From: a virus
Lineage: Duplodnaviria > Caudoviricetes
DNA length: 44,629 nt
Direction: 5' to 3' (one strand)
IMG/VR virus record: IMGVR_UViG_3300020045_005117
Span: 1 to 44,629 of that record
Both the position numbers and the translations under genes were made by a program. Shown one piece after another: positions 1 through 9,080 of the stretch (position 1 is its first letter; every line of letters begins with the position of its first letter). Under the pieces are notes generated by a model, which was not told where the DNA came from, did not search any database, and saw only the letters and a list, made by a program, of their open reading frames with translations.

Positions 1-121
1 ATTACTCGCTCAGGAAATTGCATAGTGTACTCATCAGGAACATCAATAATCCCAACTAAACAAGAGGTCGAAAACTATCAATTCGAAGATTGCAGATTAT
101 GACATACACAATAGATGATGG
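1..121. repeat. Terminal direct repeat copy 1 (identical to 44509-44629); circular assembly overlap
   Basis: ATTACTCGCTCAGG...ATAGATGATGG is present at both ends; ORF 44404..44610 runs through it. Confidence 0.97.
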
Positions 122-242
122 AATTAAAGATGCAATAAAAATATATGAAGATAATGCACTTAAATCTAGCAGTCATTCATTCGTATGTGATGTAAATGGA
201 ATAAAAATAGCAGTACAAATAAATATGGAGAAAATCAAATGA
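99..242 (+). CDS. Small hypothetical protein (47 aa, MTYTIDDGIKDAIK...)
   Basis: Hand-translated; ATGA-coupled to the genes on both sides. Confidence 0.6.
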   Translation: MTYTIDDGIKDAIKIYEDNALKSSSHSFVCDVNGIKIAVQINMEKIK

Positions 243-409
243 AGAAAAAGATGATTTGTTACGCATGTAAAAAACCAATAAGATTTTGGCAAGCAGTGTA
301 TCACGTAATAAATCCAGCTTATCACTGCGACAGAAAACATGATATTTCTTTGATTCATAAAAAATGTGCCTGCATTAAAATAATCGGCATACATGGAGCA
401 ATTATATGA
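239..409 (+). CDS. Small Zn-finger protein (56 aa, MKKKMICYACKKPI...HKKC)
   Basis: Hand-translated; CxxC...HxxC; ATGA overlaps at both ends. Confidence 0.65.
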   Translation: MKKKMICYACKKPIRFWQAVYHVINPAYHCDRKHDISLIHKKCACIKIIGIHGAII

Positions 410-1629
410 AGATTACAATTTTATCAGACTCACCAATGCTCCCCACAGGATACAGAAATCAAAGTTTATTACTGGCTCAGTATTTAAGAAAACATAATCA
501 TGAAGTGCACTTTTTAGCAAATGCATATAATGGAATGACTCTAGACAAAGCAACACTATTTGATGGAACAGAACTAGACTTTAAGATTTATGGAGAAATG
601 GTGCATTCATACTTCCAAAACACAATGTCACAACATCTCAAAGAAACTAAGTCTGATAGGTTCTTTATTTTACTTGATACATTTATGCTGTTTCCATGGT
701 TTTTGAATATAGATACTTCTCCTGCTAAAACCTTATTCTGGTTCCCAACTGATGGAGGAGCAGGCCTACCCAAAGGATGTGACCAAATACTTCGAAAGAT
801 AGATACTCCGATTGCTATGAGCAGATTCGGTCAAAAACAAGTAAAAGACTATCATAATTTAGATGTTTTGCATATACCTCATGGAGTACAATCCGATAAA
901 TTTTATAGACTATCTGATGAGAAAAGGAAAGAACTCAGAAAAGCTTGGGGATTAGATGATAAGTTCGTGATAGGGGTAGTCGCACGTAATCAGCCAAGAA
1001 AGAACCTAGACAGAACAATCAAAATAATGAGCCTAGTTAGAAAGAAAATTCCGAATGCAGTATTATTCTTACATTTAGATCCAAACGATCCAGCAGGGCA
1101 AATGTTCCACATGCAATCATTTGTGCAGAAGTTTAATCTAGAGAATAGGGTAGTATTTACAGGAATGCAGGCTCACAAAGGATTTGAACAATGGAAAATG
1201 AATGAAGTGTATAATGTAATGGATTGTTTCTTACTAAGCACATCAGGTGAAGGATTTGGAATACCAATCATAGAAGCTATGAGCTGTGAAGTGCCTGTAG
1301 TAGCCACTGATTACACCACAACCCCAGAATTAATACTGGATAATGGTGCAGGCATGGGAATAAAATTGACAGGAGTAGACGAAACAGATATGTTCTCACT
1401 TAACTCCAAAGAATACGATGAAAAGGTATTAAATGGGACTGTGACTGGGTCATGGGAAGTGGAAAGAGGATTCTGCAGCATAACTGATGGAGCCTACAAA
1501 ATAGAGTACTTATATAAAAATCCATTAACAGCCAGACAAATGGGTAAGATGGGAAGAGAGGCTGTTTTAAGTAAATATGATTTCGAGACGATTGTAGGAC
1601 CTGCTCTTGAAAAGGCAATATTATCATGA
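406..1629 (+). CDS. Glycosyltransferase family 4 (GT-B)
   Basis: SDSPxxPTGY N-terminus, VARNQPRK and EGFGIPIIEAMSCEVPVVATD motifs. Confidence 0.93.
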   Translation: MKITILSDSPMLPTGYRNQSLLLAQYLRKHNHEVHFLANAYNGMTLDKATLFDGTELDFKIYGEMVHSYFQNTMSQHLKETKSDRFFILLDTFMLFPWFLNIDTSPAKTLFWFPTDGGAGLPKGCDQILRKIDTPIAMSRFGQKQVKDYHNLDVLHIPHGVQSDKFYRLSDEKRKELRKAWGLDDKFVIGVVARNQPRKNLDRTIKIMSLVRKKIPNAVLFLHLDPNDPAGQMFHMQSFVQKFNLENRVVFTGMQAHKGFEQWKMNEVYNVMDCFLLSTSGEGFGIPIIEAMSCEVPVVATDYTTTPELILDNGAGMGIKLTGVDETDMFSLNSKEYDEKVLNGTVTGSWEVERGFCSITDGAYKIEYLYKNPLTARQMGKMGREAVLSKYDFETIVGPALEKAILS

Positions 1630-2483
1630 AGTACATTATAACTGGAAATGAAGGATTAATTGGAGAAGCATTAAACGATAGTCTTAAACAGAAGAATGAA
1701 TGCGTACTAGAAGTAGACATGAGAAATGGATTTAATGTACTTAATTTGGGAGGAGTCAAACTGAACTCAAAAACCCAGAAAACAGATATAATATATCACT
1801 TAGCTGCCCACTGTAAAATAAATGAAGGAACAAACAATCCTGAGTTACCTCACATAAACAATGCAGATGGAATACATCAAGTATTGGAATTTGCTAGAAA
1901 GAATGATATTAAACGGATAGTCAATTTTTCAAGTTCAAGAGTACTAAGTAGAGAAAGAAATCCATACGTAGCAAGCAAAGTATATGGCGAAGAGTTAACT
2001 AAAGCTTATCATGATTGCTTTGGATTAGAATTTATCACAGTTAGACCAAGCACAGTATACGGACCATGTCATGACATAACTAGCAGACTTATGACTGACT
2101 GGGTTCAAGCAGCACTAAACAATAGAGAACTGGTAATCTTCGGAGACAAGAATAAAACGCTAGACTTCACTTACATAAGTGACTTTGTAGATGGAGTAAA
2201 CTTATTGACTGACAACTGGGAAAAAGCCAAAAATAAAGCTTATAATATTTCTGGGGGAGAAGAGGTGAAACTAGTAGACTTAGCAAATACTATCATAAAT
2301 GAAGCAGGTGGAGGTAGAATATCCTACTCTGCACCAGAGATAGCACAACCACAGCAAGTAAGTGTAGATATATCAAAGATTAAGAGATTCGGATACGAAC
2401 CAAAAGTAAACATAGCCGAAGGAGTCAAAAAGCTGGTTAGATTTTATGGTAGAGAAATGAGGTGGCAACAAGATGGATGCTAA
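1626..2483 (+). CDS. NAD-dependent nucleotide-sugar epimerase/dehydratase (extended SDR)
   Basis: ITGNEGLIG Rossmann motif, HLAA, YVASK (YxxxK), RPSTVYGP, DFTYISD. Confidence 0.92.
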   Translation: MKYIITGNEGLIGEALNDSLKQKNECVLEVDMRNGFNVLNLGGVKLNSKTQKTDIIYHLAAHCKINEGTNNPELPHINNADGIHQVLEFARKNDIKRIVNFSSSRVLSRERNPYVASKVYGEELTKAYHDCFGLEFITVRPSTVYGPCHDITSRLMTDWVQAALNNRELVIFGDKNKTLDFTYISDFVDGVNLLTDNWEKAKNKAYNISGGEEVKLVDLANTIINEAGGGRISYSAPEIAQPQQVSVDISKIKRFGYEPKVNIAEGVKKLVRFYGREMRWQQDGC

Positions 2484-3825
2484 ATTAATCGTAGTAATCA
2501 TGGGACAAAACTGCGAGAAGCATATCGGAATGTGTCTAGAAAGCGTGAAAGACGCTGACCAAATAGTATATTGTGACGGTGGAAGTGATAATCGATTCTG
2601 GGAAAACCCCGAATGGGAAGATAAATGGTTTGATACAAACGTATGGAATATGAAAGTAATCGAAAATAAGTTTGATAAAAGCGATAAGGCTATGAATGGA
2701 AAACAAAGGAACTTTTATCTTAATTACATTAAAGAGAATTATCCAAATGACTGGTGCATAGTCTTAGATGCAGACGAAGTAGTTGAAGATTATCAAAGAC
2801 TTAAGAATATTATGGGTTATACAAAAGACATAGTTGGAATGAATGTGAAGATGCGACACTTTATCGGAGACTTAGGACATGAGGATGCAACACATGAAAC
2901 ACACTTTGTACCTATGAGACTTTTTAAGATCAGTGCAGCCAAAAGCTATCCAGAACACTCCCACCCAGTACTCCAAGTAGAAGGAGGAATCGCCAATACC
3001 ACGGTAACAACTATCTGGCACTTGGGACATCTACCAATAGAGTACATGAATTACATAAATAATCGATATAAACAGCATGCAGAAGATTCATTGATTCATA
3101 CACCTGAATTTTTAAGATGGTGGAGAGACTCTCATCTATTTGGAAGATACCCAGTAAGAGTAGTTAATCCTCGTGAAATTCCTAAAATCATCTATGATGG
3201 ATTAAACTTAAATTTTGAAGAGATGTATTCAAATACTGAGCAAATAGAAATGAAACATCATTTGATGGTTAAGCAATGGTATGATTACTTTAAACCAGAA
3301 AGTGTACTAGACCTCGGATGTGGAAGAGGATCGTACTTACATTACTGGCAATGGTTCGCAGGTAAGACTATGGGATTGGATAATAATCAATGGGCAGTCA
3401 ATAATGCATTTGCAAGCAATATACATTGTGCAGATATTTCTAAGTTCGATTTAAAGACAGAATTTATCGCAGGAAAGCCTTGTAAAGCCGACAGATGGGA
3501 CTTAATCACAGCAATAGATGTACTTGAACATTTAAACGATGCTGAACTAAAGAATGTACTTCAAATGATGGCTGAAGGAGGAAAGAAGTTTTTATTCAGC
3601 ATTCCTTTTATTGGAGATCCTAATCTAGACGCAGACAAAACCCATAAGCAGTTTATGACTAAGATGGATTGGATAAACTATATACAATCATTTGGAATTA
3701 AAATCAAGGAACCACCAATTCACTGGTTATTTAAAGAACAAATACTAATTGGAGAATTAAAGCAAGAAAATCCATCGTGTGAGGAATGTGATATGGACCT
3801 GGACGGAGAAATATATGAAGAATAA
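2473..3825 (+). CDS. GT2 glycosyltransferase fused to a C-terminal class I SAM methyltransferase
   Basis: DGGSD and LDADE (DxD) in the N-half; VLDLGCGRG and DVLEHL in the C-half. Confidence 0.88.
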   Translation: MDAKLIVVIMGQNCEKHIGMCLESVKDADQIVYCDGGSDNRFWENPEWEDKWFDTNVWNMKVIENKFDKSDKAMNGKQRNFYLNYIKENYPNDWCIVLDADEVVEDYQRLKNIMGYTKDIVGMNVKMRHFIGDLGHEDATHETHFVPMRLFKISAAKSYPEHSHPVLQVEGGIANTTVTTIWHLGHLPIEYMNYINNRYKQHAEDSLIHTPEFLRWWRDSHLFGRYPVRVVNPREIPKIIYDGLNLNFEEMYSNTEQIEMKHHLMVKQWYDYFKPESVLDLGCGRGSYLHYWQWFAGKTMGLDNNQWAVNNAFASNIHCADISKFDLKTEFIAGKPCKADRWDLITAIDVLEHLNDAELKNVLQMMAEGGKKFLFSIPFIGDPNLDADKTHKQFMTKMDWINYIQSFGIKIKEPPIHWLFKEQILIGELKQENPSCEECDMDLDGEIYEE

Positions 3826-4441
3826 ATTAAACGAAACAGTATTAAGAGAATTTGAAAAGCACATATGTGACAATTACGGACAAGGAAAGATACGTGCTCC
3901 AGTACATTTATGTGGCGGAAATGAAAGGCAATTAATAGAAATATTTGAACGTGTTGATGAGAACGATTGGGTATTCTCTACACATAGAAGCCATTATCAT
4001 TCATTATTAAAGAGTCAAGATATTGCCTGGGTAAGAAAAGAGATATTCAATAAGAGAAGTTCGCATATTAACTCAAAGAAACATAAGATATTCACAAGTG
4101 CAATCGTTGGAGGTTGTGTCCCTATTGCTTTGGGAGTAGCCCTCGCATTAAAACTAAAGAAGAGTAAACGAAAGGCTTGGTGCTTTGTTGGAGACATGGC
4201 TAGTGAGATGGGAATATTTAACGAATGCTTAAAGTATGCATATGGACATAGTCTACCAATTACATATGTAATAGAGAACAATGGACTAGGAGTGAATACT
4301 CCCACTGGAGAGGTCTGGGGTAAAACTACAGACTGGATTGATTTGAAAGATGGGAAATTAGACGGATATTCATATAAAAGAACTTATCCACATTATGGTG
4401 TACTAGATAAAGATGGCAAAAAAGCCTGGATAAATTTTTAA
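3815..4441 (+). CDS. TPP-dependent dehydrogenase E1 alpha-like subunit (short)
   Basis: PVHLCGGNE, STHRSHYH, GD...ENN TPP-binding motif; start moved from GTG 3779 to ATG 3815 after GGAG. Confidence 0.9.
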   Translation: MKNKLNETVLREFEKHICDNYGQGKIRAPVHLCGGNERQLIEIFERVDENDWVFSTHRSHYHSLLKSQDIAWVRKEIFNKRSSHINSKKHKIFTSAIVGGCVPIALGVALALKLKKSKRKAWCFVGDMASEMGIFNECLKYAYGHSLPITYVIENNGLGVNTPTGEVWGKTTDWIDLKDGKLDGYSYKRTYPHYGVLDKDGKKAWINF

Positions 4442-4442
4442 C

Positions 4443-4847
4443 ATGGCAAAAAGTTCAACAAGTTATAAAATAGGACATAAACCCTGCAATACTGGAAAAG
4501 GAAAAGGATGGATACAAGATGGATATAAATTTATAATATCTGAGGGTAAAGAAGTTGCAGAGCATAGAGTAATATGGGAAAAAATAAATGGGAAAATTCC
4601 TGCAGGACATAATATTCACCATATAAATGGAAATAGACTAGACAATAGAATAGAAAACTTGCAATTAGTGCATATAGGAGAGCATAACAAATTACATAAC
4701 AGAGGATTCAAAAAAGGACATGAAGATATGGTAAATTACATCACTTATGTAAAATGTATTAAGTGCAATTATGAATGGAAAGCCAGAGTAGAAGTACCAA
4801 AAAAGTGTAGATCTTGTGGATCATTTAAATGGAGAAAACATGAATAA
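4443..4847 (+). CDS. Free-standing HNH homing-type endonuclease with C-terminal Zn ribbon
   Basis: EHRVIWE...IHHINGNRLDNRIENLQL...HNKLH; C-terminal CIKC...CRSCGS. Confidence 0.9.
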   Translation: MAKSSTSYKIGHKPCNTGKGKGWIQDGYKFIISEGKEVAEHRVIWEKINGKIPAGHNIHHINGNRLDNRIENLQLVHIGEHNKLHNRGFKKGHEDMVNYITYVKCIKCNYEWKARVEVPKKCRSCGSFKWRKHE

Positions 4848-5391
4848 ATATTTAGAAAGTACCAAAAAGGCAATGGATACTCTTGGAAAAGAAGATGATA
4901 TTATATTCCTAGGGCAAACAGTAGTTTATTCAGGCAGCCCAATGTTTAACAGCTTGGTAGATGTACCAATAAGTAAACGTATTGAAATGCCTGTCGCAGA
5001 AGATATGCAGATGGGAATAAGCATAGGATTATCACTTGAAGGTTTTATACCTGTTTCTATTTATCCAAGGGTTGACTTTTTGATTTTGGCCGTGAATCAA
5101 CTAGTTAATCACTTGGATAAGATAAAAGAAATGAGCCATGGAGAATTTAGTCCAGGAGTAATAATCAGGACTCAGATAGGCAATACCAAACCCCTTGACC
5201 CAGGACCGCAACATCATGGAAATTACTATCAAGGATTGAAAGCAATGTGCAAGAATATCAAAATAATCAAATTAACCCGAACCAAGAACATAGTCAAAGA
5301 ATATATAGATGCCCTTGATAGAGCCAGAAACGGAGAAAGTACTATACTGATTGAAACACCACAAGGAGGAAAAAATCCAAACAAAAGATGA
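4840..5391 (+). CDS. TPP-dependent E1 beta/transketolase pyrimidine-binding domain only
   Basis: FLGQTV, EMPVAEDMQMGISIGLSL, NQLVNHLDK, GPQH; no C-terminal domain; start moved to ATG 4840. Confidence 0.88.
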   Translation: MNKYLESTKKAMDTLGKEDDIIFLGQTVVYSGSPMFNSLVDVPISKRIEMPVAEDMQMGISIGLSLEGFIPVSIYPRVDFLILAVNQLVNHLDKIKEMSHGEFSPGVIIRTQIGNTKPLDPGPQHHGNYYQGLKAMCKNIKIIKLTRTKNIVKEYIDALDRARNGESTILIETPQGGKNPNKR

Positions 5392-5780
5392 GAGGAGTAA
5401 CAATAAGAAAAATAAGAGTAGCACATTCAGACGAAAGGAGAGATATATTAGAAATCATGAATGGCGAACTAGCGATTAAAACATTAAAATTACTTAAAGT
5501 TAAGAAGGGTGAAAAGTTACTTGGAAGTCACTATCATACTTACCCAGAGATTATGTGCATTATTAAAGGTTCAGGCAAATACAGGATGAGAAATCTAGAC
5601 ACTGGAGAAGAGGAAGATTATAATCTAACAGAAGGAGACATTGTGTTCAGACAGGGCAGAATAGTACATGGCGGATACTTTACAGAAGATTCATTAATAT
5701 TAGATGGAGCCTGTGAGCAATATGTAAATGCAGATTTTAATGATGTATTTGAAAAACTATACGAGGAGAACAATGGTTAA
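5388..5780 (+). CDS. Cupin protein, probable NDP-keto-sugar epimerase/isomerase (RmlC/FdtA-like)
   Basis: HSDERR N-terminus, GSHYHTYPE and later VHG cupin motifs; sugar cluster context. Confidence 0.75.
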   Translation: MRGVTIRKIRVAHSDERRDILEIMNGELAIKTLKLLKVKKGEKLLGSHYHTYPEIMCIIKGSGKYRMRNLDTGEEEDYNLTEGDIVFRQGRIVHGGYFTEDSLILDGACEQYVNADFNDVFEKLYEENNG

Positions 5781-6795
5781 ATCATTAATCACTGGAATAG
5801 GTGGATTCGTAGCAAGTCACCTTGCAGACTTGTTAATCGAGAAAGGAGAAGAAGTATATGGAACGGCTAGATGGACAGAAGATATGGGAAACGTCAAACA
5901 CATCTTAGATAAAATAACCATCAAACCCATGGACTTAAACGATCTAAGTTCATGTTTGAAAGTTATTGAAGAAGTACAACCAGATTATATTTATCACCTT
6001 GCAGCACAAAGCGACCCAAAAGAATCGTTTATTTATCCTGCAGAAACCATCAGAACAAACACACTTGGTACATTTAATCTATTAGAAGCCGTAAGACTAG
6101 TAAGAAATAACCTAAATCAAGAAATGTTCGGACCTTACTCTGACCCAAATTCGAGAGCCTATCAGAACTTTGACCCAGTAATCCATGTTTGCTCAAGTTC
6201 AGAAGTCTATGGATTAGTAGAAGAAAAAGATGTACCAATCAAGGAAACTCAGAAATTTAATCCGGCTAATCCATACGCAGTAGGAAAAGTAGGAGAAGAT
6301 ATGATTGCACTCATGTATTGGACGAATTACCAAATTAAAACAATTAGGACTAGAATGTTCACACATACTGGACCAAGACGAGTAATGACCAGTGCAGAAG
6401 TAAACTTCGCAAAACAGATAGTCCGAATAGAGAAAGGACTTCAAGAACCCATAGTCAAACATGGAAATTTAAACAGCATTAGAACCTGGGCAGATGTAAG
6501 AGACGCAGTAAGAGCCTATTATTTATTAGTCAGAAAGTGCAAACCAGGAGAAGTGTACAATATTGGTGGAAAGACTACTAAAACAATCGGAGAAACACTA
6601 GATTATTTAATCAGCTTGAGTCCAATGAAAGATAAAATTAAGAAAGAAATAGACAAAAAGTTATTGAGACCATACGATGTGACCTTACAAATACCTGATT
6701 GCTACAAATTCTTAAATGAGACTGGATGGACTAGAACCATCACTTTTGAGCAAACTATGCAAGATTTGCTAGAGTGGTACAGAAATGCAGTTTAA
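5773..6795 (+). CDS. gmd: GDP-mannose 4,6-dehydratase family protein
   Basis: LITGIGGFVASHL, YHLAAQS, SSSEVYG, NPYAVGK, GNLNSIRTWADVRDAVRAY, LLRPYDV. Confidence 0.85.
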   Translation: MVKSLITGIGGFVASHLADLLIEKGEEVYGTARWTEDMGNVKHILDKITIKPMDLNDLSSCLKVIEEVQPDYIYHLAAQSDPKESFIYPAETIRTNTLGTFNLLEAVRLVRNNLNQEMFGPYSDPNSRAYQNFDPVIHVCSSSEVYGLVEEKDVPIKETQKFNPANPYAVGKVGEDMIALMYWTNYQIKTIRTRMFTHTGPRRVMTSAEVNFAKQIVRIEKGLQEPIVKHGNLNSIRTWADVRDAVRAYYLLVRKCKPGEVYNIGGKTTKTIGETLDYLISLSPMKDKIKKEIDKKLLRPYDVTLQIPDCYKFLNETGWTRTITFEQTMQDLLEWYRNAV

Positions 6796-6880
6796 TTTAT
6801 TTGAAAAGTTGGCAGATATTCTTTATTGGATGTTCGGAGATATATCAACAAGATGGACTGGAGGATATTGGGGAGAATGA
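6785..6880 (+). CDS. 31-aa peptide MQFNLFEKLADILYWMFGDISTRWTGGYWGE
   Basis: Hand-translated; overlaps the gmd stop and is ATGA-coupled to ATG 6877. Confidence 0.5.
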   Translation: MQFNLFEKLADILYWMFGDISTRWTGGYWGE

Positions 6881-8124
6881 ATTTTAATTTTATCATACCA
6901 TCCTGGTCATACTGGGCAGAACCAACCAGAGCACAACCACTCACTCAATTATATCTAGCAACAATACTTGAAAACGAGGGCCATAAAGTAGATTTTACAG
7001 ATTTCAGAGATGGGCCCAAAGAACCAAAAGACGCAGATGCATACTTATACACCGTAGCAAGCCCAGACTTTAAGGAAGTGAGTGGAATAGTTAAGCAGTT
7101 AAGAACAAAGAGCCAAGCCAAACATATCGCAGGAGGACCGCACCCTTCTTTATTTCCAGATGAATCATTGAAGGTATTTGATACAGTCGTACGAGGAAAA
7201 GGAGAAGAAGCAATTAAACAAATAGCCTTCGACTTAGAATCTGGAGTAGCTGAGGGAGTATATGCATACGGAACAACTGCAGATTATCCGTTCCCTAGAA
7301 GAGACTTTCTACCTAAAGACAAGATAGTAACTAGTTTATTTAAGACTGCAGACATACCAAGTACAACTGTATTATTCAGCCATGGATGCCCACACCTTTG
7401 TACATTTTGTGCTAATTATGACAGAAGCCAAGTATCAAGTAGAGGATTAGAATCAATATCAAGTGAAATAGACTATCTTAAATCAGAATATGGTATTAAA
7501 GGATTAAGTTTGCAAGATGAGATATGCATCCCTAAGAACGAAGCCCATGCAAACAAGTTCCTTGGTCTAATGGCTAGCAAAGAAGTGAGTTGGAGGGGTC
7601 AATCTAGGGCAGGGGTAGAATCAAGCATCCTGGAGCTTGCAGCACAGTCCGGCTGTGTGGAGTTATCCTTTGGATTAGAAAGTGTAGACCAAGACGTGCT
7701 AAATTTCGCTAAAAAGGGCATGAGAGTTGAAACAGTCAAAAATACACTACTTACATGCAAAGAGTATGGGATTAAAACTAGACTCTACTTATTAAACGGA
7801 TTACCCAGAGAACCAGAAAATATAGTAGAAAAGACAAAGAAGTTTATAGATGAGACTAACCCAGATGTTGTATTGCTTAGTACACTCCAACCTTACCCTG
7901 GAAGTGATATACATGACAATCCAGGAAAATACGGAATTGAATGGATTAATCAAGATTACTCAATTTATAATCATTTAAGATGCAGATTCAAAGATTCAAA
8001 CGATAATTTAAACGATGTAGTACCTTTTAGGTACGCTGAAGGAAAGGGATTCAGTAGAGAACGAATAGTTGAGAACTTGCAAAACCTGCAATCATATTTA
8101 ATTGAAAGAGGGTTAAACAAGTAA
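6877..8124 (+). CDS. Cobalamin-binding radical SAM enzyme (class B methyltransferase-like)
   Basis: N-terminal B12 domain (PLTQLYLATIL, AGGPHPS, GKGEE), CPHLCTFC, GLES, QPYPGS; start moved to ATG 6877. Confidence 0.9.
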   Translation: MNFNFIIPSWSYWAEPTRAQPLTQLYLATILENEGHKVDFTDFRDGPKEPKDADAYLYTVASPDFKEVSGIVKQLRTKSQAKHIAGGPHPSLFPDESLKVFDTVVRGKGEEAIKQIAFDLESGVAEGVYAYGTTADYPFPRRDFLPKDKIVTSLFKTADIPSTTVLFSHGCPHLCTFCANYDRSQVSSRGLESISSEIDYLKSEYGIKGLSLQDEICIPKNEAHANKFLGLMASKEVSWRGQSRAGVESSILELAAQSGCVELSFGLESVDQDVLNFAKKGMRVETVKNTLLTCKEYGIKTRLYLLNGLPREPENIVEKTKKFIDETNPDVVLLSTLQPYPGSDIHDNPGKYGIEWINQDYSIYNHLRCRFKDSNDNLNDVVPFRYAEGKGFSRERIVENLQNLQSYLIERGLNK

Positions 8125-8133
8125 AATAATACC

Positions 8134-8397
8134 ATGGGCAATAGATATCAACTCAATTTTTTTAAAGTACCAAAGAAGAAGTGTAATGGAAATCTGCACA
8201 AGAAAACAGATATATATGTAATTAGAAAAAACTCGGATTATGCATATGCTGAAAGATTAGGATTAATATACTGGCATGGAGCATGGAGAAAATATGCTTT
8301 TTTTCCAGATGAAGATACTCTGTGGGACCAATCATGTCTTGTGGAAATAGCTGCATTTTTAATCAAAATAAATAGGGAACATAGGTGGAAGAAATGA
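8134..8397 (+). CDS. Hypothetical protein
   Basis: 87-aa ORF coupled to the downstream gene; no motif recognised. Confidence 0.7.
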   Translation: MGNRYQLNFFKVPKKKCNGNLHKKTDIYVIRKNSDYAYAERLGLIYWHGAWRKYAFFPDEDTLWDQSCLVEIAAFLIKINREHRWKK

Positions 8398-9080
8398 TAT
8401 ACGTAGTTATCCCTGCTTACAATGATCTGAGTGGATTAAAGGGAAATGTGGAAAGCATCTATAATTCAACCAATCAAAAGTTCAAGTTAATAATCCTAGA
8501 AAGCGAAAGTACTGACGGAACAAAAGAATATTGCGACTTACTTCCAAATCTATATCCAGGCAAAGAAATAGAAATAATTCATACTCGAAAAGAAGGGCCA
8601 CTCAAAGCATACTTAACTGCTTTCGGATTAGCAATACGAGACAAGGCAGATTTATACTTGACTCAGACAGATGTACTTCATCCTAAAGCAAGATTTGACT
8701 GGCTTTATTCTTATTCGAAGATGGCTGAAACATGGGATATGGTGACTTGTTGGGGCGGAGGTGGAATAAGTGGAGAATCTATCCTTGATGGTTTTCAATG
8801 GGTGGGTGCATGGAGCACTTATATTCCTTACAGAACACTTGAAAAGATTGGAGGATATGACGAAAGCATTCCACTAGGATACGCAGTAGATATAGAGTAT
8901 TCTCTCAGATTATGGAAAGCCGGACTAAAAACGGTTATATTTGATTACTGGGTCGAACACTTTCCAAATTATGAAAAGAATCATGAACATGAAAAAAGAG
9001 AAGATCTAGAAGAAATAAAGAAACAAGCATTCGATTATATAAAGAGGAAACATGGGATTCACACTGATAAATCCGCCTAG
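8394..9080 (+). CDS. Glycosyltransferase family 2
   Basis: VVIPAYN, ESESTDGT, IGGYDE, DIEYSLR. Confidence 0.85.
   Translation: MIYVVIPAYNDLSGLKGNVESIYNSTNQKFKLIILESESTDGTKEYCDLLPNLYPGKEIEIIHTRKEGPLKAYLTAFGLAIRDKADLYLTQTDVLHPKARFDWLYSYSKMAETWDMVTCWGGGGISGESILDGFQWVGAWSTYIPYRTLEKIGGYDESIPLGYAVDIEYSLRLWKAGLKTVIFDYWVEHFPNYEKNHEHEKREDLEEIKKQAFDYIKRKHGIHTDKSA

Noticed and set aside
3815-5391. Pyruvate dehydrogenase as a central-metabolism auxiliary gene
   Set aside because: The subunits are truncated, E2/E3 are absent, and the genes are embedded among nucleotide-sugar genes.
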